34,685 nt of DNA from Candidatus Pacearchaeota archaeon (lineage in GTDB: Archaea; Nanobdellota; Nanobdellia; Pacearchaeales; GW2011-AR1), in assembly GCA_017609695.1 (NCBI GenBank), contig JAFCDM010000001.1:1-34685 (forward strand), in the 5' to 3' direction. Numbering within the stretch: the stretch's first letter is position 1; every line of letters starts with the position of its first letter. Below are positions 15,749 to 23,861 of the stretch, piece after piece. Position numbers and translations under genes: made by a program. The notes under the pieces are model-generated. The model was not told the DNA's origin. It saw only the letters and a program-made list of their open reading frames with translations, and made no database searches.

Positions 15749-15979
15749 ATGGCAAAAAACATAAATAAACTTATGAAAAGTAACATTTTTATTTTTGTTA
15801 GTTGGTTAATTGGAATTTTTGTTACAATAGGAATTGGTGGTTTGTTTTTGAATGGATTTTTTTTGGATGTCCCTCTTTTGGATTGGTTTGGACAGGGAAT
15901 TCATACAATTGTTGCATGGACAATATATATTTTGACAGCAATACCAATACTAGCAAAAATAATGGACTTTTTTAAATAA
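15749..15979 (+). CDS. Two-TM hydrophobic mini-protein; candidate membrane-embedded structural protein
   Basis: 76 aa with two helices (IFIFVSWLIGIFVTIGIGGLFLNGFF, IHTIVAWTIYILTAIPILAKI). Its size and topology are as in the major capsid proteins of spindle-shaped archaeal viruses. This is analogy only. Confidence 0.55.
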   Translation: MAKNINKLMKSNIFIFVSWLIGIFVTIGIGGLFLNGFFLDVPLLDWFGQGIHTIVAWTIYILTAIPILAKIMDFFK

Positions 15980-16033
15980 AATAAAATTCATTTGAAAAGG
16001 AATGAAAAATTAAATAGAAGGAGGTAAAATATA

Positions 16034-16189
16034 ATGGCAATAAGAAAACTTTGTAAAACTTTAAAGACTAAGAAAACAGTTCCACATAGAAAAGACGGCA
16101 AGTGTCCAAAGGGTTCAAGAGAAATAAGAAGAACAGTTAAGAAGAAGAGAAAGTCTACGAAGAAAGGAAGAAAGAAGAAAAGGAGATAG
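16034..16189 (+). CDS. Extremely basic 51-aa protein; candidate nucleic-acid-condensing protein
   Basis: Strong RBS (gaaggaggtaaaatataATG). Translation is MAIRKLCKTLKTKKTVPHRKDGKCPKGSREIRRTVKKKRKSTKKGRKKKRR. Confidence 0.5.
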   Translation: MAIRKLCKTLKTKKTVPHRKDGKCPKGSREIRRTVKKKRKSTKKGRKKKRR

Positions 16190-16237
16190 TTAAATTAATT
16201 TTTATTTTTTAAAAATAATAAATGGTGGAAAAATTAA

Positions 16238-16369
16238 ATGGTAAAGAAGAAGATGAAATCAAAGTTTAGAGCAAAATTTAAAAAATCTGCAAAAATGTGT
16301 TCAAAACTTTCTAAAAAAGGAAAAATTAAATATCAAGATTGTATGAAAAAAGAATTAAAGAAAAAGTAA
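16238..16369 (+). CDS. Extremely basic 43-aa protein
   Basis: Translation is MVKKKMKSKFRAKFKKSAKMCSKLSKKGKIKYQDCMKKELKKK. Confidence 0.45.
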   Translation: MVKKKMKSKFRAKFKKSAKMCSKLSKKGKIKYQDCMKKELKKK

Positions 16370-16390
16370 ATTACAATTAACTTTATAGTC

Positions 16391-16438
16391 CTCCCCCTCA
16401 AAAACACACTCAAAATTTCTTCTCTATATGGGGGGGAG
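16391..16438. terminator. GC-rich inverted repeat at a convergent gene junction
   Basis: ctccccc (16391-16397) pairs with gggggag (16432-16438). It sits between the + strand block ending at 16369 and the - strand gene ending at 16439. The 34-nt loop is atypical for an intrinsic terminator. Confidence 0.3.
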
Positions 16439-17554
16439 TTATTTTTTAATTAATCCCTCCATTAAAAATTTTGTTCCTTTAGAAATATTATTTTTTGTTA
16501 AGTACTCTCTAAGTTGTCTTTCATTTTTTATTTTATACCAATCTATTTTTTCAATTGCTTCATAGATTCTATAGCTATGGATTGCCCCACGATTAACTAA
16601 TTTTTTTGTAATTTTTAAATCTCTTTCTTCAACACAAATTTTGTTATCAACTATTTTTCTATTAAAGATATTTAAAAAAGATAAACTTGTTAGTATTATA
16701 TAAGCATCTTCAAATTGTCTTGTTCTTGGTATTCCCCATTTTTTAAAAATTAAATTTAATGCTTTATTATCTTCTATATATTTAAGTAAATCTAATTTTA
16801 TTTTTTCTGATATTTCAAAACCATCAATTTTATTATTTTCCTTAAATTCAATCAATTTTTTATAAAATTCTTCTATTTTTTTAATTGATTCATCTATCCC
16901 ATTTTCTTCTCCTTCAGCTATTTTTCTAAGTATATCTTTTTCTTGTTTTTCTGTTAAATATAAAAGTATTGGAAAACATCTTCCAAGAATACCATCCCTA
17001 ATTTTATTATTGGAGATTGTTTGTGGTGTTCCAGATAAACAAGCAAATGCCTTGTACTTCTTTTTACTACCTTCATCTTTTTTATTTTGCATTGTATCCC
17101 AATGAGCATAACCATCTTCAACTATGCTCTCAACAAGTTTTACAAAAGTTTCATCAGAAAAAGAAACAGCTATATCTGATATTAATAAACTTATAAGATT
17201 TCCTTCAACTTTTTTTACTTCGTAAATAAGTCTTGCAGGAGTAATTCTGTGGGAACAAATTGGATTTATTGTTATTTTTTCAATTGCTCTTGAAATGGTT
17301 GTTTTTCCAGTTGCAGGTGGAGCTAACCATAAAATAGAAAGAGTTCTATTTGTAGTTTTTATATTTGAAATTTTAACTTTTGGAATAATTAAACTTACAG
17401 GACTTAGACATAAAACAGAAAATATTTTTTTTCCTAAGTGGGGATATTTTTTTTCATAAATATTACAAATATATTCATAAGGATTATTTAATAAATCATT
17501 AGGAAATTCTAATTTTTCTTCTTTAACATATTCTTCTGCTTTTTTATCTTCCAT
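16439..17554 (-). CDS. AAA+ ATPase (Orc1/Cdc6-RFC clade-like)
   Basis: Walker A is LAPPATGKTT and Walker B-like is LISLLISD. GILGRCFPILLYLTEKQEKDILRKIAEGEENGIDES mirrors the RFC SRC-box arginine-finger region. An alpha-helical C-terminal region could form a winged helix. Confidence 0.75.
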   Translation of the reverse strand: MEDKKAEEYVKEEKLEFPNDLLNNPYEYICNIYEKKYPHLGKKIFSVLCLSPVSLIIPKVKISNIKTTNRTLSILWLAPPATGKTTISRAIEKITINPICSHRITPARLIYEVKKVEGNLISLLISDIAVSFSDETFVKLVESIVEDGYAHWDTMQNKKDEGSKKKYKAFACLSGTPQTISNNKIRDGILGRCFPILLYLTEKQEKDILRKIAEGEENGIDESIKKIEEFYKKLIEFKENNKIDGFEISEKIKLDLLKYIEDNKALNLIFKKWGIPRTRQFEDAYIILTSLSFLNIFNRKIVDNKICVEERDLKITKKLVNRGAIHSYRIYEAIEKIDWYKIKNERQLREYLTKNNISKGTKFLMEGLIKK

Positions 17555-17720
17555 TTAGTTTTTTAATTAATTTTTCTTTATTTTTTATTGTTATGTAAGT
17601 TAATGCTTCTTCAATTTGATTTCTTATTGTTTCTTCATGAGTAAATGATTCTTTCCACTCCTTGAGAATTTTTGAATTTATTTTAACAAATAATGGTTCT
17701 AATTTTGTTGATTCAGCCAT
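17544..17720 (-). CDS. Ribbon-helix-helix regulator candidate, co-oriented with and overlapping the AAA+ gene
   Basis: Hand translation gives 58 aa: MAESTKLEPLFVKINSKILKEWKESFTHEETIRNQIEEALTYITIKNKEKLIKKLNGR, a strand-helix-helix pattern. The ORF overlaps the AAA+ start by 11 nt and is below the ORF-track cutoff. Confidence 0.5.
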   Translation of the reverse strand: MAESTKLEPLFVKINSKILKEWKESFTHEETIRNQIEEALTYITIKNKEKLIKKLNGR

Positions 17721-17723
17721 TTC

Positions 17724-17774
17724 ATATTTATATATCTTTTATATTTATATATCTTTTATATTTATAAATATTTC
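17724..17774. repeat. 17-bp tandem repeat (atatttatatatctttt x2 perfect, plus one degenerate unit) in a divergent promoter region
   Basis: 17724-17740 and 17741-17757 are identical, and 17758-17774 is related. Each unit contains a TATA-like tttatata. The array lies directly upstream of the - strand RHH start at 17720. Confidence 0.85.
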
Positions 17775-17903
17775 TATTCTATAAATATTCTTTGAATTTA
17801 GTTTAAATACTTATTTTAACTATTTTTTTTATCTATGAAATCCGAAAGGGCATAGATAAAAAAAACTAAACCGAAAACGATTTTATCGTCGGTAAAGTAA
17901 CAA

Positions 17904-18743
17904 ATGGAAAAATTAAATAAAAACAATGTGTTAGTTTTAGGGATAGTGTTTGCTTTATTATTTTGTGTATCTTTAGTTAGTGCGACAATTAGTTTGGATT
18001 TGCCTTCTGCAAGTTCTACAATTTCTGGAATTGTTGTTTTAAATGTGACTAACTCTACAGGTTTTGATGAGATGGTTAATTGTACAATTTATGCAGGTTC
18101 ATCATTAACCTCAAATACAACTTGGACAGAAATAGGATTTTTTGTAAATGATACATTGGATAATGTCAATGGTACATTTGATTCGTCTATTTTAGAAGAT
18201 GCAACAGATTATGTTTTGAATGCTAGTTGTACAAATTCGTCTGCAAGTATACAAGAGGACACAAATACACTTATAAACATAGATAACACCGTTCCAATAG
18301 CACCCAGTAGTTTAAGTCCAGCAGATGGAACATCTGACGATGATGGGGATTTAACTTTGAGTGCAACGGTTGTTGGAGAAAATACAACATCTTGTACAGT
18401 GTTTTTTACTTCAAGAATTCCTGGAAGTGGTGGAAGTAGCCAAACAATGACCCATACTGGAGATACTTGTTCATTAACACTTACAAGTGTTCCAGAAGAA
18501 ACATATGAATGGTATGTGAGGGCTAGTGATGGAACAAATACAACTGATTCAGCAAGTCAAAGATTTTTAGTTGATATAGATACACCTTCAAATTATTTGT
18601 TTCAAGGAAAAGAAACAGATTTTATAGAAGATGTAAAAACTTTTTCAGTAACATCTGATGAAGGAGGATTAACTAAATTTGGGATAGTCTTTATTTTTGT
18701 TGTAGTTTCAATAGTTGGAATTATAATCTATAAAAGAAGATAA
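17904..18743 (+). CDS. Secreted, C-terminally TM-anchored protein with Ig/FN3-like domains
   Basis: Signal peptide (VLVLGIVFALLFCVSLVSA) and dense NxS/T sequons. The FN3-like signature is PSSLSPADGT...LTLTSVPEETYEWYVRASDGTNTTDSASQRFLVD. The terminal TM is FGIVFIFVVVSIVGIIIYKRR. Codon composition is GC-richer than neighbouring genes. Confidence 0.7.
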   Translation: MEKLNKNNVLVLGIVFALLFCVSLVSATISLDLPSASSTISGIVVLNVTNSTGFDEMVNCTIYAGSSLTSNTTWTEIGFFVNDTLDNVNGTFDSSILEDATDYVLNASCTNSSASIQEDTNTLINIDNTVPIAPSSLSPADGTSDDDGDLTLSATVVGENTTSCTVFFTSRIPGSGGSSQTMTHTGDTCSLTLTSVPEETYEWYVRASDGTNTTDSASQRFLVDIDTPSNYLFQGKETDFIEDVKTFSVTSDEGGLTKFGIVFIFVVVSIVGIIIYKRR

Positions 18744-19012
18744 CACCTTGTAAAATAAAATGAGAAAAAAAAGAAAATTATATTTAATGAAACATAGAGT
18801 TTTTACTCGGGAGGGCGACAAAGTTTCGAATAATTGAATAAATTTATGAAACCAATAAAAATATATGCTTTACTAAAGGGAAGAAAATAGCGAGGGAGTG
18901 TTAAATTGACACAGACCCTTTGTTTTGCTTTCTTTAGTGGTAAGATATATTTGAGTTGGGGGATTATTTTTAGGAGATTATTTCATCGCCAAACAAAAGG
19001 AGGTAAAAAAAT

Positions 19013-20041
19013 ATGGATAATTCAATAATTATGTATAGTGTTGGAATTTTTTTAGTATTGTTTGGTTTTATTTTTGGTATGACAAAGAAAAAAAAGGTTA
19101 TGAATAAGAACAAATGGATTTTCGCACTACCTTTCTTAATTTTTGGGTTTGGTTTAATTTTATTCCAATCTGGAACTTTAGCACAATTTGGGTTTGAGCC
19201 TCAAACACTTGCTATTGGAGGAGAAGAAATTGTTGAAGGTGGTTTAGATACTTCTGGTGCAATAACTGGTTGTGATTTGGGAACAAAAACAACTATAACC
19301 CTTTCGGCAATAGATAAATACACATCAGCAGGAACATCTGGAACACATAGATATAGAATTAATGGAGCTCCTGCTTTGGAAGTTTCAGATACAGGGACAT
19401 TTACTGCATCACCTGGAGATAAATTAACAATTCTTTGGGAAAATGCTTCAACAACAGGATACTTTAGTGATGTTTCAAATGTTGAAGTACCTTGTTCTGG
19501 TGCAAAGACATTCTATACAACTTTAGCACAAAATGGAACTCTTTCATCAAGTATAAAGGATTTTGACGATGATACTGTTGGAAGTGGAAATAATGTTACA
19601 TTGGGAGCTGGAGATGTAAAGTATGCAACAGTTAAACTTAGTTCAGCATACCAAAGAGATTTTCCTTACGGATTTGTTGTTACAGTGGAAATGAATCAAA
19701 CTTCAATGGATGATGTAATATTGACTCAAGATGGTGTAGAATTACCTTCATCGACAATACCACAATCAGTAAGCCCAACTTATTCAACAGAATCTTCAAG
19801 AAAAGCTTATTTGTTGGGAGGAATATTTTCAAATGAAGATGTTTATATAAAAGTAACACTTGATGCAGATGATTCAAATAATCCACAAGTAAGTGGTGGA
19901 GATGTTTTTTTAACATTTAGTCCACTAAATTATTTTATTAATGAAGATAATGGTGGAGCGTTTGAAGGTCCTAGTGTAGAAGATGAGGATAATTCATTGA
20001 CTAGAGGAGCAGGAACCACAGTTACTATTGACATAGATTAA
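19013..20041 (+). CDS. Membrane-anchored (two N-terminal TM) Thr/Ser/Gly-rich protein; candidate abundant structural protein
   Basis: Strong RBS (aaaaggaggtaaaaaaatATG). Two N-terminal hydrophobic helices precede a beta-rich domain of about 280 aa. The gene is GC-richer and is followed by a terminator-like hairpin. Confidence 0.7.
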   Translation: MDNSIIMYSVGIFLVLFGFIFGMTKKKKVMNKNKWIFALPFLIFGFGLILFQSGTLAQFGFEPQTLAIGGEEIVEGGLDTSGAITGCDLGTKTTITLSAIDKYTSAGTSGTHRYRINGAPALEVSDTGTFTASPGDKLTILWENASTTGYFSDVSNVEVPCSGAKTFYTTLAQNGTLSSSIKDFDDDTVGSGNNVTLGAGDVKYATVKLSSAYQRDFPYGFVVTVEMNQTSMDDVILTQDGVELPSSTIPQSVSPTYSTESSRKAYLLGGIFSNEDVYIKVTLDADDSNNPQVSGGDVFLTFSPLNYFINEDNGGAFEGPSVEDEDNSLTRGAGTTVTIDID

Positions 20042-20060
20042 ATTTTAATTTTTTAGAATA

Positions 20061-20095
20061 GGGGAACTTTTGTTCTCCTCTTTCCATTTTTTTAT
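20061..20095 (+). terminator. Intrinsic-terminator-like hairpin plus T-run
   Basis: ggggaac-tttt-gttctcc forms a 7-bp stem with one G-U pair (20061-20078), followed by tctttccattttttta. Confidence 0.5.
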
Positions 20096-20131
20096 TTGGG
20101 AAAGGAACAAAAACTAAGATTGTAAAAAAAT

Positions 20132-21952
20132 ATGAATAAAAAAGAAAAAAAAATAATAAGTGGAATTAGTTTAATTTTAATATTTGGAATGTTTCTTATT
20201 AGTTCTAATGGTTTTTATTTTCCTTTTGCATCAGGTGATTTTATAAATGGGGTTTCCGATTTATCAATTTTAAGCATAAGCCAAGTAACTCTTAATGGAG
20301 AACCAGCAATAAGAATTTATGCAACTGCAAATGGTGGTGCAGAAGTTTTAGATATTGATTGGGGGACTTCAGAAATAAACTCAAAATTGAGAGAGGGGGG
20401 TTCTGATTTGATTGCAACAGAAAGTATTCGTGGAGGAATTCAAGTTGGAAGGCAAACATTAGAATTTCCTTATGCTTCAACTGGAGAGACCATTCACAGA
20501 AGTGTAAAACAAATAAGTATAGGCACATTTGTTTCTTGTAACTATGAAAATTGTAAAAATTCTGCTGGAAGTGGTGATGTTTTAGATTGGATGAGACCAG
20601 GATTGTCTTGTCAATGTCTAATAGGTCTTGAAAAAGCAGATGTTGGAAAATGGAGTAGTATTACAAAAGGAAATTATCCAGTAACATTTTATATTGATGG
20701 TTTAGGTAGTACGACTTTTGATAGAGATTCTATGACTAAATATTTGAATGATGAAACACTTGGAAATAATGCTAAAATTCAATTTGAGGGGTTTTTAGAT
20801 TCATATGATAGTGTTGGAGAACCTTCTTACACACCTTATTTATACTTAAATCAAATTCAACTACTAGAACCGACTTCTTTTGCACTAATAACAAGTGCAA
20901 AGAGAAACCTTTTAGATTCTTTTGGTTATTGGGATGTTAATACTTATAATTCAATATTAAATGATATTTTTATTGATAAATATTCCCAGTATTCTAGAGA
21001 AAGTTATATTTATTCTTCTTCAAGGGATGTTTCTGGGATTAAAATTACGTTAGATAAACCAATTAGTTATCCAACATTTACAATAACCCTTAATGCAGAA
21101 AGCGTTGGAATAATAGAGCAATCAGGACAACCAGATAATTTGTATTGTGAAGACACTAAATTTAAAGCAAATGAGTTGGGAGAAACAACTTGTTCTGTTA
21201 GAAATTCTGGGGGTGCTGGTTCTTTTTCAGTAGATTTAACTAATTGTGGAACCTCAGCATTTGTAATTGGAGGAAATAATTTAGGGGGATTTGATGTTGG
21301 AGAAGAAGATACTTTTAAAATAAATTTACAGGGAACAACAGATAATGAAAATGGAGAAGAGGGGAATTGTAGAGTTAAAGTTTATGATTTGAATGACCCT
21401 TCTAAATATGACACTTTTACTTTTGGATATTTTATAGAATATAATCCTGGAGGAAAGTGTAGTCCAATTGGAAAATTAATTTGTGATGAACAACTAAAAA
21501 ATATCCTTGAGTGTAAATCATCTGGAACTTATGAGTTAAAAGAGAGTTGTGATGAAATTTGCTCTTATGGAACAAACGGGGTTGCGTTTTGTTCTATAGA
21601 AGATGAGGATGGTTGTAAATGGTATGATTTGGGTTGTTATTTTTTGAAATTTTTTGGTTCAATTAAAAACGTTTTTTCAGATTTATTCTCTGGGGTATTT
21701 AGTATTTTTAAATTTTTAAAATATGCAATAGTTTTTGTAGCATCATTACTTTCCATGTTTTTAACAAATGATTTTTCAAAGAGTATAAAAACTTTAAAAC
21801 AAAATAAGTGGTTAAGAATCACTTTTAGCATAATAATTGGATTGTTTATTAGTATTTTTTTATATTTATTCATCGGAAGTTTTTTATTTTGGGTTTTTGG
21901 TATTGCTTTGATAGTCTTTATCTTTTTAATTAAAATGGTGAAACCAATATAA
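20132..21952 (+). CDS. Large Cys-containing ectodomain protein with an N-terminal anchor/signal and about 3 C-terminal TM helices
   Basis: 606 aa. The N-terminal hydrophobic segment is IISGISLILIFGMFLISS. The ectodomain of about 480 aa has many Cys, including a 6-Cys module (CSPIGKLICDEQLKNILECKSSGTYELKESCDEICSYGTNGVAFC). The C-terminal hydrophobic segments are YAIVFVASLLSMFL, ITFSIIIGLFISIFLYLFIG and FLFWVFGIALIVFIFLI. Confidence 0.7.
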   Translation: MNKKEKKIISGISLILIFGMFLISSNGFYFPFASGDFINGVSDLSILSISQVTLNGEPAIRIYATANGGAEVLDIDWGTSEINSKLREGGSDLIATESIRGGIQVGRQTLEFPYASTGETIHRSVKQISIGTFVSCNYENCKNSAGSGDVLDWMRPGLSCQCLIGLEKADVGKWSSITKGNYPVTFYIDGLGSTTFDRDSMTKYLNDETLGNNAKIQFEGFLDSYDSVGEPSYTPYLYLNQIQLLEPTSFALITSAKRNLLDSFGYWDVNTYNSILNDIFIDKYSQYSRESYIYSSSRDVSGIKITLDKPISYPTFTITLNAESVGIIEQSGQPDNLYCEDTKFKANELGETTCSVRNSGGAGSFSVDLTNCGTSAFVIGGNNLGGFDVGEEDTFKINLQGTTDNENGEEGNCRVKVYDLNDPSKYDTFTFGYFIEYNPGGKCSPIGKLICDEQLKNILECKSSGTYELKESCDEICSYGTNGVAFCSIEDEDGCKWYDLGCYFLKFFGSIKNVFSDLFSGVFSIFKFLKYAIVFVASLLSMFLTNDFSKSIKTLKQNKWLRITFSIIIGLFISIFLYLFIGSFLFWVFGIALIVFIFLIKMVKPI

Positions 21953-21953
21953 A

Positions 21954-22334
21954 ATGAAAAAAACAATAGTTCCAAATGATTTAAGAGATTTTATGAGTTT
22001 GGCTGGGATATTTTCAGCACTAGGAATATTTTGGAAATTTTTTTTACAAAAAGATTTTTTTATAGACGGAGATGCTTTATTTTTAATCTTGGTTGGGGCT
22101 GGATTGCTGGTAACAGGAAAAGTTTTTACTATAAAAAAATGGGCAAGAGACGGAATACAAGAATCTGAATATTTATTTTTGTTTAGTATCTTATTGGGAT
22201 TTCCTGCAATAATTTTGGGGGTTCTGGTAGCAATTGGTATGACTCTTCCCCAAAATGTTTCATCAATAGCAGGTTTTTTAGCATTATTTATTGGTGCTGT
22301 AACCTTATTTGATTATATTAAAAAAAACACATAA
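21954..22334 (+). CDS. Polytopic membrane protein (about 4 TM)
   Basis: 126 aa with four hydrophobic segments, starting 2 nt after the upstream stop. Confidence 0.6.
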   Translation: MKKTIVPNDLRDFMSLAGIFSALGIFWKFFLQKDFFIDGDALFLILVGAGLLVTGKVFTIKKWARDGIQESEYLFLFSILLGFPAIILGVLVAIGMTLPQNVSSIAGFLALFIGAVTLFDYIKKNT

Positions 22335-22335
22335 A

Positions 22336-22536
22336 ATGAAAAAGAAAAAATTTACAATAGATAAAAAAGAGAAGAAATGGTTAAGAGCATTAGTAATTTC
22401 TGGTCTTGGATGGGTTTTTATTGTAAAACCATTGACAACTGTTGTTGATGGTATGTTGCCTAATGGTTTTTTGAGATATATTGTTGGTATTTTATTAATT
22501 TTAGCAATACTTTTAATATGGGAGGTTAGACCTTGA
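22336..22536 (+). CDS. Small membrane protein
   Basis: The ATG at 22336 directly follows the upstream stop. The ORF track starts at the TTG at 22309. There are two hydrophobic helices. Confidence 0.5.
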   Translation: MKKKKFTIDKKEKKWLRALVISGLGWVFIVKPLTTVVDGMLPNGFLRYIVGILLILAILLIWEVRP

Positions 22537-22724
22537 AAATAAAAAAGAAAACAAAAAATTTATTAAAGATAAGTGGAATGTTTTTTTTAGCAAACTTAAT
22601 TGAAAATATTATTCTTCTCTGGCTTTACAAAGTAAATGTTTTTACAAAGATAAATATTACTCTTTTAGTTTTAGTGACAATCATTTTTGCTTTTTTAATA
22701 AAAGAATTTAAATGGGGGGAATAA
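22533..22724 (+). CDS. Small membrane protein (TTG start, TTGA overlap)
   Basis: 63 aa with two hydrophobic helices. Confidence 0.45.
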   Translation: MKIKKKTKNLLKISGMFFLANLIENIILLWLYKVNVFTKINITLLVLVTIIFAFLIKEFKWGE

Positions 22725-22725
22725 A

Positions 22726-22863
22726 ATGCCAATACCAAAAAGAAAAAAATATGAAAGAAAAAATAAATTTATAAAAAGATGTATGTCTAATAAGACTATG
22801 AAAAAGGAATATAAAAATAAACAAAGAGTAGCAATTTGTTTAAATCAGTGGAGGAAAAAATAA
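22726..22863 (+). CDS. Small basic protein
   Basis: Hand translation gives 45 aa: MPIPKRKKYERKNKFIKRCMSNKTMKKEYKNKQRVAICLNQWRKK. The RC...QR.AIC..W pattern recalls a short motif seen in phage proteins. This resemblance is unverified. Confidence 0.45.
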   Translation: MPIPKRKKYERKNKFIKRCMSNKTMKKEYKNKQRVAICLNQWRKK

Positions 22864-22864
22864 A

Positions 22865-23047
22865 ATGGCAAGAAAAACATTAGATATTTTTTCATTAGGA
22901 ATAATTTTAATTGGAGTTTATTTATTTTTAGACATAACGAGTATGTTTGAATTATTTAGGAATATCTGTGGAATTGTTGGAAGTATAATTGTAATAATTA
23001 CCCAAACAATTTTTTTAAAAGATAGTAGGAGGAAAAAAAATGGTTAG
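22865..23047 (+). CDS. Small membrane protein
   Basis: 60 aa with two hydrophobic helices. Confidence 0.5.
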   Translation: MARKTLDIFSLGIILIGVYLFLDITSMFELFRNICGIVGSIIVIITQTIFLKDSRRKKNG

Positions 23048-23219
23048 TAAAGGAGAAGAAAAAAAAGATATAAATAGGGCAATTTTTGTAACAATTTTTG
23101 CTTTGATAATTTCATTGTTTTTAATTTTTAATTCTCCTGAAAAATTTAATGCAGGAACATTATATTCAATAATGGGGGTTATGATTATTTTAGCATATTT
23201 AAGCTGGAATAAATTTTAA
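23040..23219 (+). CDS. Small membrane protein
   Basis: Hand translation gives 59 aa: MVSKGEEKKDINRAIFVTIFALIISLFLIFNSPEKFNAGTLYSIMGVMIILAYLSWNKF. Confidence 0.45.
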   Translation: MVSKGEEKKDINRAIFVTIFALIISLFLIFNSPEKFNAGTLYSIMGVMIILAYLSWNKF

Positions 23220-23220
23220 G

Positions 23221-23379
23221 ATGACATTAAAAAAATTAACAAAAAAAGAGAAGATGGGAATTGTTGGATTTAGTGCAACAATTGTTGGGATTTATATGAT
23301 TTTTATCTTAAAGAACACAAGGGGGGTAATACCACTAATTTTTGGAATTATTTTTATTTGGTTAATGAAAAATGGTTAA
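23221..23379 (+). CDS. Small membrane protein
   Basis: Hand translation gives 52 aa: MTLKKLTKKEKMGIVGFSATIVGIYMIFILKNTRGVIPLIFGIIFIWLMKNG. Confidence 0.45.
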   Translation: MTLKKLTKKEKMGIVGFSATIVGIYMIFILKNTRGVIPLIFGIIFIWLMKNG

Positions 23380-23860
23380 ACAATTAGTTGGAATTGATAG
23401 GGACATAATAAAAGATTCTTTTTTTGGAATATTAATTGGGATTGGAATTTTGTTTTTGGGAGCATTTGTACCTGGAATAGGAACAATAGGAATTCCTAGT
23501 GTTCCACAATCATTGTCCTCAGACACTTCAAGGTTTATAGTTGTGGTTATTCTCGCAAGTACTTTTGAAACTTTAGGATTTTTTGATGTAATTTTCTCTT
23601 TTATCAAGGATAAACTTTCACAATTTACTGGAATAAAAATACCTTTTTCAATTGCCACAATATTGACAAGTTTGGTGTTTTCAGGTTTCCATTATTCTGC
23701 TTATGGTTCTGGAAGTTCTGGAGCATTTTTTACTGCATTTTTAATGGGAATTGTTTTTTGCTATGAAAGAAAGTTTTTTAATAGTAATTTACCAGGAATA
23801 TTCACACACGCTGTTTTAAACTTTTATATTGCTTTCATTAGTTTAGCAGTGATAGTATAA
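23372..23860 (+). CDS. CPBP-family (CAAX protease / Abi-like) intramembrane protease candidate
   Basis: Polytopic, 162 aa. Motif 2 is FSGFHYSAY (FxxxH) and motif 3 is FTHAVLNFY (HxxxN). Motif 1 is degenerate (FETLGFF instead of EExxxR). Confidence 0.6.
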   Translation: MVKQLVGIDRDIIKDSFFGILIGIGILFLGAFVPGIGTIGIPSVPQSLSSDTSRFIVVVILASTFETLGFFDVIFSFIKDKLSQFTGIKIPFSIATILTSLVFSGFHYSAYGSGSSGAFFTAFLMGIVFCYERKFFNSNLPGIFTHAVLNFYIAFISLAVIV

Positions 23861-23861
23861 A

